Origin: Paraspadella gotoi | Taxonomy: Eukaryota; Animalia; Chaetognatha | DNA length: 64,000 nt | Assembly: GCA_051294375.1 (NCBI GenBank) | Contig: CM119271.1 | Location: 17,075,799-17,139,798, forward strand | Reading direction: 5' to 3' | Part shown: piece after piece, positions 12,713-30,533 of the stretch | How positions within the stretch are numbered: position 1 is the first letter of the stretch | How the letters are laid out: every line of letters starts with the position of its first letter | The notes under the pieces: generated by a model | Databases searched by the model: none | The model's input: the letters and a program-made list of their open reading frames with translations, nothing else | Told to the model about the DNA's origin: nothing | Program-made: the position numbers and the translations under genes

Positions 12713-13164
12713 TTGGGACACGAGACGGAGATCATACTCATAGTTGTAGCCGTATTGATTATTGGTTTTCTCATTGTTTATATTTACGTGTGCATGGAAA
12801 ATAAACTTCGTAGGTTAGTTTCTAGGTATTCTGATGCCGTGACAATGTCATAGTTTCGTTCCTTGTTAGATGTAGAAGCTATGTTGAACAATAAAAAATA
12901 TTTGCCAAATGAATAGTTCTATTGATGTTAGTTAACTGTGGAATAAGATAGCCGGGGGAACCGCTATATTCACGAAAGTTTTTTATGGGGACCGCTCCCT
13001 CAGAGTGACAGAGGTAACATGCCTCTGGTATGAGCTTGTCAACAAGTTGACGAGTTTGAAAGAATTATCGGCGGCGCCGCGAGTTTAACCCTCAAAAAAG
13101 TAGGAACATCGATGGTTCCAGTTGTGTGTTCACGCCCGGATGAGACAGACGTCCGGTATTTATT

Positions 13165-13540
13165 CTGTCTCTCTCTCCTCTCTCTCTCTCTCTTTCTTCT
13201 CTCTCTCTCCTCTCTCTCTCTCTCTCTGTAACCTGATAATGTCTGTCGCGCGGGGATGGAACCGGGGCACTCTCTCTCTCCTCTCTCTTCCTCTCTCTCA
13301 AACCTGAAAATTGTCTGTTGCGCCTGCGGGATGGAACCGCGGGCAATCATTTATCTCGCGCGCCGTTTGACAGGATCGAATCGTGATTTGTATGTGACCG
13401 ACGCCTCTCTTCTCCTCTCTCTCTCTCTCTCTCTCTGCTTCCGTAACCTGAAATGTCTGTTCGCGGCGGGGATGGAATCGCGGGCAACATAATATCTCGC
13501 GCGAGCGTGACGTCGATTCGTGATCTGCATGTGACCGACG
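13165..13540. repeat. Three ~40-bp units AACCTGAAATGTCTGT...GGGATGGAAYCG(C)GGGCA separated by (CT)n
   Basis: Units at ~13230, ~13301 and ~13445. Confidence 0.8.
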
Positions 13541-13851
13541 GGACTGTGGTGCCAAATGACCTATAAGAGTGAGAGGAAGGAGGAAGGAGAACTTATAAAG
13601 GGGGAAAGAAAGAGAAGGAGAACAGAACAGAGGATAACCAAAAAAGGGAGAAGAAAAGTAACAGAAAACCAACAGAAGGAGAACCAAAAAAGGAGGGAAA
13701 GGAGAACAGAACAGAAGGAGAACCAAAAAAAAAGAAAAGAATCGGATAGAGATTGCACATAAATCAAATTCGGAGCTCGAGGGGGGAAAGTTTTCTATTT
13801 AGAGGATGGTGGATTGTCTCCGGGTGGTTTCCCTTTGTGGGTGGAAATTTG

Positions 13852-14105
13852 GGCCTTTTTTCCCAGAACGCCCAATTTTATCTGAAATTCGGAATTAAGT
13901 TAATTTTTTAAATTAAAGATTCGGTTAGAGGTTAGGGTCAATGATTAAGGTTAGGAACTTGGGTTAGGGATTTAGGTTAGGGATTAACTTTTAGGGTTAG
14001 GGTTAAGGTTAGGGATAAGGGTTTGGGGTTAAGGTTCAGGATTAGGTTAGAGTTATTGATTAAGGTTAAGGATTAGAAAAGGGGGCATTCTCTGAAAAGA
14101 GTGCC
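13852..14105. mobile_element. MITE-like element enclosing a degenerate (TTAGGG)n array
   Basis: GGCCTTTTTTCCCAGAACGCCC and GGGCATTCTCTGAAAAGAGTGCC are imperfect inverted repeats flanking the TTAGGG-like tract 13923-14076. Confidence 0.55.
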
Positions 14106-14238
14106 AAAAAGACCCTTGGATGTACTTTTACAGAAAAAATATAAATGAAAAAATGGAAAGAAAAAGAGAAAAATCCAATTGGATATATTAAGAAAAAGAA
14201 AAAGATAAAAAAGGGGACAGAGTCAAAGCGACTAAAAT

Positions 14239-14269
<31 letters not shown>

Positions 14270-14599
14270 TTCCAGAAACGAGAGGGCGTGACAGTAAGGA
14301 AAGGGGATGGGCGATGGTGGGTACTTTGGGTAAGGAAGTAAAGAAGATAAATGGATTCAAAAGAAGCAAGAAAAACTGGAAAAACCCCGAAGCCAAAAAA
14401 AAAACTAAAAAATTCCCTACATTCTTAGGGATTTTACCCCGAAATAAAAAAAAACTGAGAAGCCATTTTCAAATAACAACTAATCATTTTGTCTAAGCAA
14501 CTTTCCAGACGCAAAACAGAAATACTCAGCTGGTCATTTCCACAACTGAAGCAATCAGACATTGCCAAGCTTCACTCCCACATAGAAATATCAAAACAA

Positions 14600-14768
14600 C
14601 AGTTGTCTCCCGGTGGCTCATTGAGTAAAGCCAGTAAAGATCATTAGCACTAGGTACCCGGTTCAAATCCCACCCCGTGCCTACCCTCGGGGAAGCGTGA
14701 GGACGGCCTGGAAGCTAAAGAAGTTGCGGATAGTCATCTTCAGCCCACTTAGCGCCTTCTCCTCAAAA
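14600..14768 (+). mobile_element. tRNA-derived SINE (family A), internally deleted copy
   Basis: TGGCTCATTGAG A box and GGTTCAAATCC B box. Head and tail (GGATAGTCATCTT...CCACTTAGCGCCTT) match the reverse complement of 46554-46817. Confidence 0.75.
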
Positions 14769-14865
14769 CCCAAACTCTCTACATCCAATTACTTCAAATT
14801 ACCCTCACTGATCAGAAGGCATCGCGTCACAACTATTCCATTTCAAAACAACAACAACGACAACC

Positions 14866-14924
<59 letters not shown>

Positions 14925-15604
14925 AATTCTCATCTCCTTAATAACCATTTCAATTCATTTTCAAATCCCTACAACCCCTTTCTATTCATAGTCTATTCAC
15001 GTCTCTTTCAACCCTATTAATTCATATTCAATCCTTTTTTCCCCAAGATTCAGTCGAGATTTTCTTTTTTTTTTCTTTTTTTTTACCCGAAGTGAAGAGA
15101 AAAAAAAAGAATTTATTCCCTACAACCGATTTTAAATTCCTTCTAACAGGAGGTCGGGGTTACTCGTTGTAAAGGGAAGACAGAGAAGAGGTGAGAGATG
15201 AGAGAGAAGAGACGAAGAGAGATGACGACGAGAGATGAGAGAGAGAGACGAGAGAGAGAGAGAGAGACTCACGTCTATTTTCCCGTTTTTCCTTCAATTT
15301 CATCCTCGAGCTCGGTCTCTACCTCTACGCTCTCAAGCTCTTTCCTATCTCCGTCACCGTTTCGGCTGAAGTCACCATGAGAGAGAGAATAGAGAGAGAG
15401 AGATGAAGAGAGAGACGAAGAGAAGAGAGAGAGATGAATGAGAGATCAAGAGCTTGAGAGAGAGATGCAGGAGGTGAGAGAGAATAAAGAGGGATGGGTG
15501 TTAAAAATACAGTGTTGGGCAGTTTCTTTCTTCGCAGCCAAAATGCTGAGCAATTAGATCAAAGCCACCTGATAAGCAAAGGATCCTGGAAAAATTGGGA
15601 GAGA

Positions 15605-16560
15605 GATCAAAAAATGAGAGTGATGCGGGCCGTGGGAAGTAGTGGATGTAGTTGACGGGGGCGTACTCGGATTAAGCTGGAAGAAAATGAAAGAGTGATG
15701 GAGCGGGCGGAAGTAGTGATTGTAGTTGAGTGGGTTTTTTGTCTCGGAATTAGCTGGAGAAAATAAGAGCTGATGGACGCGAGGGAAGCTAGTAGTGATA
15801 TAGTTGACCGGGCGTCTTCGGGATTAAGCTGGCAGAAAAATGGAATGAGTGATGAGCGGGGGGAAGTAGTGATGTAGTTAAGGGGCCGTCTCGGATTAGC
15901 TGGAGAAAATGAAGTGAGTAATGGAGCGGGGAAGGTTAGTGATGTAGTTGAGGGGGCGTCTCGGATTAAGCTGGAGAAAAATTGAAGAGGATGGAGCGGG
16001 GGAAGTAAGTGATTAGTTGAGGGGCCGTATCGAGTCATTTAAGCTGGAGAAATGGAAGAGTGATGGAGCGAGGGAGTAGTTGATGTAGTTGAACGGCGGT
16101 GTCTCCGGAATTAAGCTGGAGAAAGAATGAAGGAGTAATGGAGAGCGGGGCGAACGTATGTGATGTAGTTAAGGGGGCGTCTCGATTGAGCTGACGGAGA
16201 AAAATGAAGAGTAATGGAGCGGGGGAAAGTAGTGACTTGTAGTTGAGGGGGCGTCTCGGATTAAGCTGCTGAGAGGAAAGAAAAAATGAATGAGGACTGG
16301 AGCGGCTGGGAGAGTAGTGATTTACGTTGAGGGGGCGTCCGGATTAAGCTGGAGAAAAATGAAGAGTGATGGAGCGAGGGAAGTAGTGATGTAGTTGACG
16401 GGCGGGTCTCGGATTAAGCGGAGAAAATGAAGAGTGATGGAGCGGGGAAGAGTAGTGATGTATTAAGGGGCGTCTCGATGAGTGGAGAAAAATGAGAGTA
16501 ATGGAGCGGGGGAAGTAGTGATGTAGCTGAGGGGGCGTCTCGGATTGAGCTGGAGAAAAG
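15605..16560. repeat. ~69-bp purine-rich minisatellite, about 14 copies
   Basis: Unit GATTAAGCTGGAGAAAAATGAAGAGTGATGGAGCGGGGGAAGTAGTGATGTAGTTGAGGGGGCGTCTCG. Confidence 0.95.
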
Positions 16561-16679
16561 CGTCGTCTTTTCAAAAATTCTCCTTTTTTCAATTATCTAA
16601 AGACTAAAAGATAAAAGATAAAAAAGGAAAGAAAAAAAGAAAGAAAGTTGAAGAGGAGAGCGAGAGACTGATGAAAATA

Positions 16680-17140
16680 TGAGCAAAAAAAGAGGGCAGT
16701 GATGAAGACAGGAGCAAATAGAAAAGAAGGGCAGGATGAAGACAGGAGCAAATAGAAAATGAGGGCATGATGAGACAGGAGCAATAGAAAAGGAGGGCAG
16801 TGATGAAGACAGGAGCAAATAGAAAAAGAGGCAGTGATGAAGACAGGAGCAATGAGAAAAGGAGGGAAATAAGGAAGACAGGAGCAATGAGAAAAGGAGG
16901 GCAGTGATGAAGACAGGAGCAAATAAAAAGAGGGGCAGTGATGAGACAGGAGCAATGAGAAAAGGAGGGCAGTGATGAAGACCGGAGCAAATAGAAAAGG
17001 AGGGCTGTGATGAAGACAGGAAGCAAATAGAAAAGGAAGGGCAGTTGAAATGAAGAATGAGCAATGAGAAAAGAAAGGAGGAAAAAAGGAAGACAGGAGC
17101 AATGAGAAAAAGGAGGGCAGTGATGAAGACAGGAGCAAGG
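16680..17140. repeat. ~35-bp minisatellite
   Basis: Unit GCAGTGATGAAGACAGGAGCAAATAGAAAAGGAGG, about 12 copies. Confidence 0.95.
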
Positions 17141-17249
17141 CGAAAAGAAAAGGAAAAGGGCAGACATTTGCTTTTGCGGTCGTGTCTCAAGACCCTCTCT
17201 TCTTGCATCAACAATAAACTGTCAAATCAACGACCATCAACGACCATAA

Positions 17250-17440
17250 AAGCAGCAGAAGCAAAGAAGCAAAGAAGCAAAGAAAAGCAAAGAAGCGAAG
17301 AAGCTAAGAAGCAAAGAAGCAAAGAAGCAAAAAAGCGAAAGAAGAGAAGCAAAAAGAAGCAAAGAAGCAAAGAAAGAGCAAAGAAGCGAAAAGCAGAAGC
17401 AACAAAGAAGCAAAGAAGCCCGAAGAAAAGAAGCAAGGAA
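17250..17440. repeat. (AGAAGCAA)n octamer repeat
   Basis: Direct reading. Confidence 0.9.
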
Positions 17441-17631
17441 GGCGGGAACGACGGACGGACACGACGGACGACCGACAACGACCAAGAAGGAAGACGCGCC
17501 TCCTCTAATTTCAATTCATGTTGTTTTTTTCTTCGTGAAAAAAGAAAAAAATTTAGAAAAAAAAACAAAATTTTTTCTTGGAGATTAAAAGGGAAGATAC
17601 GTATGCATTTCTTTTTTGGTGAAAGAGAAAT

Positions 17632-17703
<72 letters not shown>

Positions 17704-17839
17704 GAGAGAGAGGAGAGAGAGAGAGAGAGAGACGAGAGAGGCAGAAGACACGAGTTAGGAATAGCATTTTATTTAAATAACGCGCGCATTAATGCGACTT
17801 TGATTAATCATTTTGCGTCGAGCAACGGCGAACCTTCAA

Positions 17840-17884
<45 letters not shown>

Positions 17885-18250
17885 GGAAATTTGAATGATA
17901 AGGCTTCGCGACGCCAGCGACTCTTAAGAAGATAGAAAGACGAAAGAAATTTACAATCATATCTAGATTTATATTTTTAAGCAGCTTGAATTTTATTTTT
18001 AGATTTTGAGATTTAGTTACTCAACATTTAGATTTAGATTTAGATTCAGATTGATATTTAGAGATTAATTTCCCTAATAACATTTTAATTTAGATTTCTT
18101 CATTTAATTAGTTTAGTTTTATTTTTAAATCCTGGTGTCCGTCTGTCAGTCTTATAACCCATCTGTCAGTCTTTTATTGTCAGTTCTCTCTCAGTCATCG
18201 TTCTATCAGCGCTTCATGAACATCGGCTGTCTACAATTCAACATTCAACA

Positions 18251-18290
<40 letters not shown>

Positions 18291-19424
18291 TCTTCTAATT
18301 CCTAAGGAGTTTTTCTTTTATACTCATTACATAAACTTTCACGTGAATGATTTTGTGAAAAATCCTTCTCGACAGAGAGGCGTGAACTTTTGAAGAAAAA
18401 TAGGAAAAAAATTTGTTTTCTTTTGCTAAGATTTATTTTTTCTCACTTTTTATCACTTAAATATTTTCATTAATTCTAACACTTTAGTCATCTGTTCGAT
18501 AAAAATAAAAAAGTTTACTTGTTTTATTAGCATATTAGACAATTATTGTTACATTTTGTCTCATGTATGTTTAAATGTTTCGTGTATTTTTCATAAATAT
18601 CAAATCCAATTATTTATTATATGATTGGGAAAGGGAGTTTAGTGTTGTCTTCTATTAATGTGAAGAAGAATATTATTTCCTCTATTAATTATCTTTTTTT
18701 TTGGCTATTTATCATTTCACTTTATACATTTGATCTTACTGCAAACAAAAGTGTTAACTCCGCGATAAGAAATAGACAGACGTACTGACGAAGGGAGAGA
18801 CGGAACTCGAACGACAGTTCCCCCTCTCCCAAAAAAAGAAACTAACTTATTTCTCTTCTGAGGCCAAAATGATGCAAAACAATGTCAGGGGATCAATTTT
18901 TTTTATTTGGGGGGGGGAAGAAAAAAAGAATATACCATGGCTTATTGGGGAAATGGCCGGTACTTGGTGACTAGAGATGAAAGTTATAGGAAAAGAGAGA
19001 GAGAGAGAGAGAGAGAGAAGAGAAGGAGAGGGGGAGGCGGACGTCGCGGCACTTGTGTATGGAAAATGGGTTGTCATTCGTTTGGTCATATTTATCCCTT
19101 GACATTTCCTGCCCTTGGTGCTCTAAATTATGATGTTTGAATGGAAAAAAGAGAAGAAGAGAAGAGAAGAAAAGAAAGGAAATAGAGAAGAGAAGAAAGG
19201 AAATAGAGAGGAGAAGAGAAGAAAGGAAATACAGAGGAGAAGAAAGGAAATCAAATAGAGCGGAGATGAGGAGAAAAGTTGTCGAAAGGAAATAAATATA
19301 TGGAGAGAAAAAAAAGAAAGGAAGATGGAAAAAATTATCAAAGAAAAAAAGAAAAAAAAAGGAGAAAATTGAAAAACGCGAAAAGTAGAATTGATAAGAA
19401 ATAAATAGGAAAGAACGAAAGATA

Positions 19425-19425
19425 A

Positions 19426-19509
<84 letters not shown>

Positions 19510-19525
19510 CAGAAAGAAAGAAAGA
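19425..19525. repeat. (AAAG)n microsatellite
   Basis: Direct reading. Confidence 0.95.
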
Positions 19526-20046
19526 AGAAAAGAAAATAGAAAAGCAGAAAGAAAGAAATAGAGAAAGAAAAAAAGAATAAAATAAGGAATTAGTAAATGT
19601 TTGTTTTTCAAAATGATATTGTTTTTGCTTTTTTAATCTAATTTCATCTAATTTAATTTCTTTTATTTAATTTTAATCTTTTTACTTTAATATTTTTGAG
19701 AGACGAGAAAGAATGAATAAGAGAAACATACATAAAAGGAAATGAAACAGAAAAAAAACAGAAAAAAACAGAAAAAAACAGAAAAAAGTGAACAAAAAAA
19801 TAATGGAATTTTGGCCAAAAAAAAAAGAAAAAAGAAGAAAAAAAAAGAGTGGGAAGAAAAAAATATCTTGAGAGGAAGTCACACGGCCTTAAGGCATCTT
19901 TCTCTCTGCCTTTCACTCTCTCTCTCACTCTTTCTCTCTCTCTCTATTTCTCTGTCTCTCTCTTTTTATCTATCTTTATCTTTCTTTCACTGTCTCTCTC
20001 TTTCTATTTCTCTCTCTTTATCTTTCTTTCTCTTTCTCTTCTACTC

Positions 20047-20088
<42 letters not shown>

Positions 20089-21127
20089 TCTCTCACTCTC
20101 TCTTCAAAAGAAGGAAAACCTCCTAAATGACTCAGAATCTCGCCTCGTTAGTCTTTCCCCGTCGGTTAACCGTTAACTAAATTGTATGAATGTAATAAGT
20201 GTTTTACTCTTAAAAAAGAAAACTTAAATGGAAAATAGAAAAAAAGACTGAAAAGAACAGCTACTCCTCCTCCTCCTCCTCTTCCTGCTCCTCCTCCTCT
20301 TCCTCCTGGTCTTCCTTTCAGGATGAAATACTACATTTTTTTACACTCAAAGTAATAAATAGTATTTTTAAAGGGCAATCAATGTTATTCATCCTTTTAT
20401 ATTTTATGATTTTATTCTTGTTTTATTTATTTTTTTATAGTTGTTGTTGTTGTTGTTGTTGTTTTTATCGGACTCGCTTTATACTTTTTACGTTTTATCA
20501 TTTTCCCGGCTGATTATTTTCTCTCTCTCTCTCTCNNNNNNNNNNNNNNNNNNNNNNNNNNNNNNNNNNNNNNNNNNNNNNNNNNNNNNNNNNNNNNNNN
20601 NNNNNNNNNNNNNNNNNNNNNNNNNNNNNNNNNNNNNNNNNNNNNNNNNNNNNNNNNNNNNNNNNNNNNNNNTGCTCTTCTCCTCTCTCATCATCTCTAA
20701 TGCGTCTCTCATAAATCTCTCTCCTCTCTATCTCTCGTCATCTCATCTCATGGGTATACTCTCAGACTCGTCTCCTCGTCTTCCTCTCCTCTCTCTTCTC
20801 TCATCTCATCTCTCTCTCTCTCTGCTCTAACACACACACACACTTGCTTTAATCTCACGCTGCATTCTCTTTCCCAAGAGGTGATTTCATAAAGATCGCC
20901 AGAAAGAGACAGACAGACAGACAGTCAAATAGAGAGACATACATCTTGGAAAGAAAAGCCTCCATTACCATCTATGTTTCCCCCTTTTGCCTTCATCTTG
21001 TTTCTTTCTCCTTTTACTGCCATCTTTGCTTCCTCCTTTTGCCTCCTTGTTTTTTCTGCCATCTTTGTTATCTTCATTTAATTTAATTTTTATTTTCTTC
21101 CAGTTTTATGTTCTCAGAAATTTTTTT

Positions 21128-21527
21128 TAGTTGCGCCGCGAGTACTCGCTAAGCAACTCTATAAGTCAATTTTCGGTCGGGCTGGCGGTCTGTCTGTCGG
21201 TATGTCTGTCTGTCGGTATGTCTGTCCATCGGTCTGTCACACTCACGTTAAAAATGCTCATAACTTGCATATAGTTGGTTGCTCATTTGTTAAGACAGGA
21301 AAAACCTCAAATCTTAGGGACTGCTAGCGCTGCCTTCAGAAAACAAGAGACAAAATTCCGTTGCAGTACTTGTAATAAATACACGGGCGAAGAGAGTTAT
21401 GGTAATCATGTAGTCATGTCATGTCACGTCGTCATGTCATGTAATGTTATGTCAAGTCATGTCACAAGAAACACACGTGATAAGGCAGTCACTGCGCCGC
21501 AACACATTTGAATTACCGTTCTTGTTT
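21128..21527 (+). mobile_element. HINE-like element, copy 2 (apparently full length)
   Basis: Same start and hairpin as the 5732 copy, (GTCT/GTCG) tract and (CATGT)n tract. Subterminal GCGCCGCAAC near 21494. Ends CTTGTTT. Confidence 0.7.
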
Positions 21528-21600
21528 CTATTTTCATTACTTTTTCCTTTGGTTATAGAAATTAAATTAAATTATTTTTTTTCTTTCATTTCGTTGCGTT

Positions 21601-21772
21601 TTAATTTAGACGAAAAGTAAAATAAATAATAATTTATTTACAAACAACGATGAAATTTGAGATCGGACATGTTTCGACTTTTTTATTTTCAAGCAGAAAC
21701 ATGTCCGATTTCTCATGTCATCCTTGTTTGTAAATAAATTATTATTTACCTTACTTTTCGTCGAGAAATTAA
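21601..21772. repeat. 172-bp near-perfect palindrome centred on a hammerhead-like stem II
   Basis: ...ATCGGACATGTTTC GACTT TTTTATTTTC AAGCA GAAACATGTCCGAT... The arms pair outward to TTAATTT/AAATTAA. Confidence 0.85.
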
Positions 21773-21959
21773 AGTCAGACTCCGTCCTAGAAACGGATAT
21801 TAAACTTTTTCTCACTTTCTTTAATTTTCTTTTTTTTTTAGAATTTGCTAATTTATTATTGCCATTTTTTGTTTAGTATTTTGTTCTCCTGCCTCTGCTA
21901 ATTAACAATAGTTTTTTTTCATTTAATATTTAAANNNNNNNNNNNNNNNNNNNNNNNNN

Positions 21960-27620
<5,661 letters not shown>

Positions 27621-28452
27621 TTATTCAAGATCTCTCATCTCATTTTGTCCCATATTAAGCTATCTCTTCTCTTTCTCAACAAATCTCATTTCCCTCATTT
27701 TGCTCTCTCTCTCTCTCTTCTCTTCTTCTCTATCCTCTCTCTCTCTCTCTTCTCTCTTTCTCTCTCTCTTCTCTCTCTCTCTTCCTCTCTCTTTCTACTC
27801 TCCTCTCTCTCTCTCTCCCCTCCCTACTGCTACATCCTCTCGCTCTCTTATTTTTTGCACAAATTCTCTCCTATTTTTTTTTTTCTTTTTTGACTCATTG
27901 TTTCTGCTCGGAGCATTCCACGGTGGCTGTCTGGTTTTTCTCTCTCTTCTCTCTCCCTCTCTCTTCCCCTCTCGCTCTCTTCTTTTTTCATATTCTCCTC
28001 TTTCTCTGTTCTCCGGGCCGAGACAAACTTCTGACTTTCTTAGTTGTCGATCAAACCAGGGGCGTGCGGCGGCGGCGGCGGCGGCGACATATTTCTTGAA
28101 ATTCGAACGAAAATTTTCTGGGGAATTATGGAAATGTGAGAAATATGGTGTGCTTTGAATCTCCCCCCTTCGATCTTTCTTTGGCTTTTTCCATTCGTTC
28201 TCTCTCTCTCTCTCTCTNNNNNNNNNNCTGTCTTTCTCTCTCTCTCTTCTCGCAATGCAAATGTTTAAATTTAAGTTTATTTGAAAACGAACAATAAACC
28301 TAAATTCAAACTTGAAAAAAAAAACACCAAAACCCCGAAAAGATTAGAGAGAAATCAAATAAATAAATGTAGCAAATTCATTAAATGATCATATCAAATA
28401 GATTCATTAATCTCATTAGCATATTGTCGTGTTCTAATTTAGTTTTGCCGCT

Positions 28453-28582
28453 TCCCTAGCCCTAAGCCTAACCCGGGCCTCCTGTCTTATGCCGAGCCAA
28501 AACCGGCGTGCCTCTCCCTAAACCCTAACCCTAACCCTAACCCACCCTCTAACACTCTCCCTAAACCCTAACCCTAACCCTG
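28453..28582 (-). repeat. Interstitial telomere-like (CCCTAA)n, interrupted
   Basis: CCCTAAACCCTAACCCTAACCC runs at 28516-28543 and 28559-28580. Confidence 0.8.
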
Positions 28583-29004
28583 GACTCATCGTCAGCCGTG
28601 AGTCTCTCCTGTGACTCACGCCTTTCGTCTTATTCGCTACTTTTATATTTTATCACTGACCAGTGAGGGGACTGGCCAGTGAGGGGACTGGCCAGTGGCA
28701 ACACCCTCAAACCCCTGGCGAATGACCATGGCCAAGTCGCCAACCAACTAGAACCACACCTGCGACTCATGCGTGAATCGCCGGCGACATTGTTATTTGA
28801 ATGATAAGCCGACGATAAATAAGCGGTAATAAGCTAAAACAATAATAATCTAAAACGATAATTCTTTTTGACTTTCAATTTATGATCTTAACAGATCATA
28901 ACAAATCATAACATAACAAATTATAACAGACTTCTTAATAAATCTATGAAAAAATTTATAAATCAATTGATCTATCAATCATTACCAGTAGCTGCGCCAA
29001 TACT

Positions 29005-29103
29005 AACTTGCAGAATTTGGTCAGATTGCAGAATTTGGTCAACTTGCAGAATTTGGTAAACTTTTATAATTTGGTCAAGTGGCATAATTTGGTCAACTTG
29101 CAA
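29005..29103. repeat. 18-bp minisatellite AACTTGCA(G/T)AATTTGGTC
   Basis: About 5 copies here. The same unit is arrayed at 33110-33388. Confidence 0.85.
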
Positions 29104-29129
29104 AATTTTCTTCAAATTGCATAAATTTT

Positions 29130-29362
29130 AGTCGGTACGCCCCCTCAATCTTGTCGGTAAAAAAATTGATAAAAAATTGATAAAAAAATTGTCCGTCCGA
29201 GTTTCTGTCAGTCTGTTTGTCGTTCTTCTGTCCGTCCGTCCATCCGTCCGTCCCCCTTAGCAAAAAAACTCCAATTACTCGTGATTGGATGGATGGATTG
29301 GAATGAAATTTTGTGTGTGGGTAGGAAAGTGTGTGATTAAGTTGGAATCGAGAGGAAATGAG
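29130..29362 (+). mobile_element. Fragment of the HINE-like element at 32330-34202, opposite orientation
   Basis: GTCGGTACGCCCCCTCAATCTTGTCGG, (GTCC)n and CCTTAGCAAAAAAACTCCAATTAC match the reverse complement of 33850-34146. Confidence 0.7.
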
Positions 29363-29918
29363 ACCGACGGACCGACAAACTGAATAAGCAGGAGACAGAG
29401 AGAGACAGACAGACAGACAGAGATAGAAGCTGACCGAGAGCGACAGAAACGACGAAAACCCACAGAGACAGAAAGAGACAGACAGAAACGAAGAGAGAGT
29501 TTCAGAGAGACAGAAAGACAGAAAGACAGAAAGAGACAGACAGAAACGAAGAGAGAGTTTCAGAGAGACAGCCAAACCGAGACTCTGCGAGAGAAAGACT
29601 GAGAGAAAGACACAGTCAGACAGACAGACAGACAGGCAGAGTTTCAGAGAGAGAGACAGAAAGAGAGAGATAGAAACAAAGACTTTTCCTCTTTCTTTCC
29701 CTTCATCCAAAGGGTCGCCAGCCTCTCCACTCCCTCCTTTCGTTTCTCGCGCGCTCTCGTGATAAAACTGACGCTTGTGACATGAGTGATAAAAGTGATA
29801 AAAGTGACAAAAACGGAAGTCGCTCGCGTGAAAAAGGGTCGAAGAAAGAGGAGGAGGAGGAGGAGGAGGAAGAAGAAGAGGAAGTTATAGCAGGCGTGAT
29901 AGGTAAGGGTGTGGAGGA

Positions 29919-29920
29919 AA

Positions 29921-29963
<43 letters not shown>

Positions 29964-29995
29964 AAATAAAAAACAAATAAATAAATAAAAAAAAA

Positions 29996-30066
<71 letters not shown>

Positions 30067-30067
30067 A
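29919..30067. repeat. (AAAT)n microsatellite
   Basis: Direct reading. Confidence 0.95.
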
Positions 30068-30369
30068 TTAAAAAAAAAGATATTTTTGAGTAAACAGTCA
30101 ACCAAGAAATCTCTCTCTCCACGACCGGAGGGTAAGTCGAAAGGGTAAGTCATCTCAAGACCGAATATTGGAAGTTGGTCGGCGAGTGAGTTCATTCGCA
30201 GGGTAAGGCTTTGTTTTCGAAGGAGCAAAGGGTAGATCAGCGGGGTTTGACTTGTCTGGAAGGGGATACTAATTAAGTCGTGTGAGAAAGTCTTTGGTCA
30301 GGTTATCTTTAATACAAATATGGACTCTTTACTCTTATATGGGGAAGGCAATATACTCGGTCGGAGAGC

Positions 30370-30533
30370 AGGGGAAAATATATCACTAAAGGTGAGGTAA
30401 AGTAGATTGTCAGTCTGGGAGAATTTTCTCACTAAAGGTGCGGAAAAGTAGATTATAAGTCAGGAGAAAATATATCACTTAAGGTGAGGTGAAGTAGATA
30501 GTCAGTCAGGTAGAAATATATCACTAAAGATGC
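30370..30533. repeat. ~46-bp minisatellite, about 3.5 copies
   Basis: AAATATATCACTAAAGGTGAGGTAAAGTAGA repeated. Confidence 0.8.

Noticed and set aside
13923-14076. True telomere or chromosome fusion site
   Set aside because: The array is short, degenerate, single-orientation and enclosed by inverted repeats.
15605-17140. Regularly spaced repeats as a CRISPR array
   Set aside because: The units are contiguous with no unique spacers, the context is eukaryotic and no cas genes are present.
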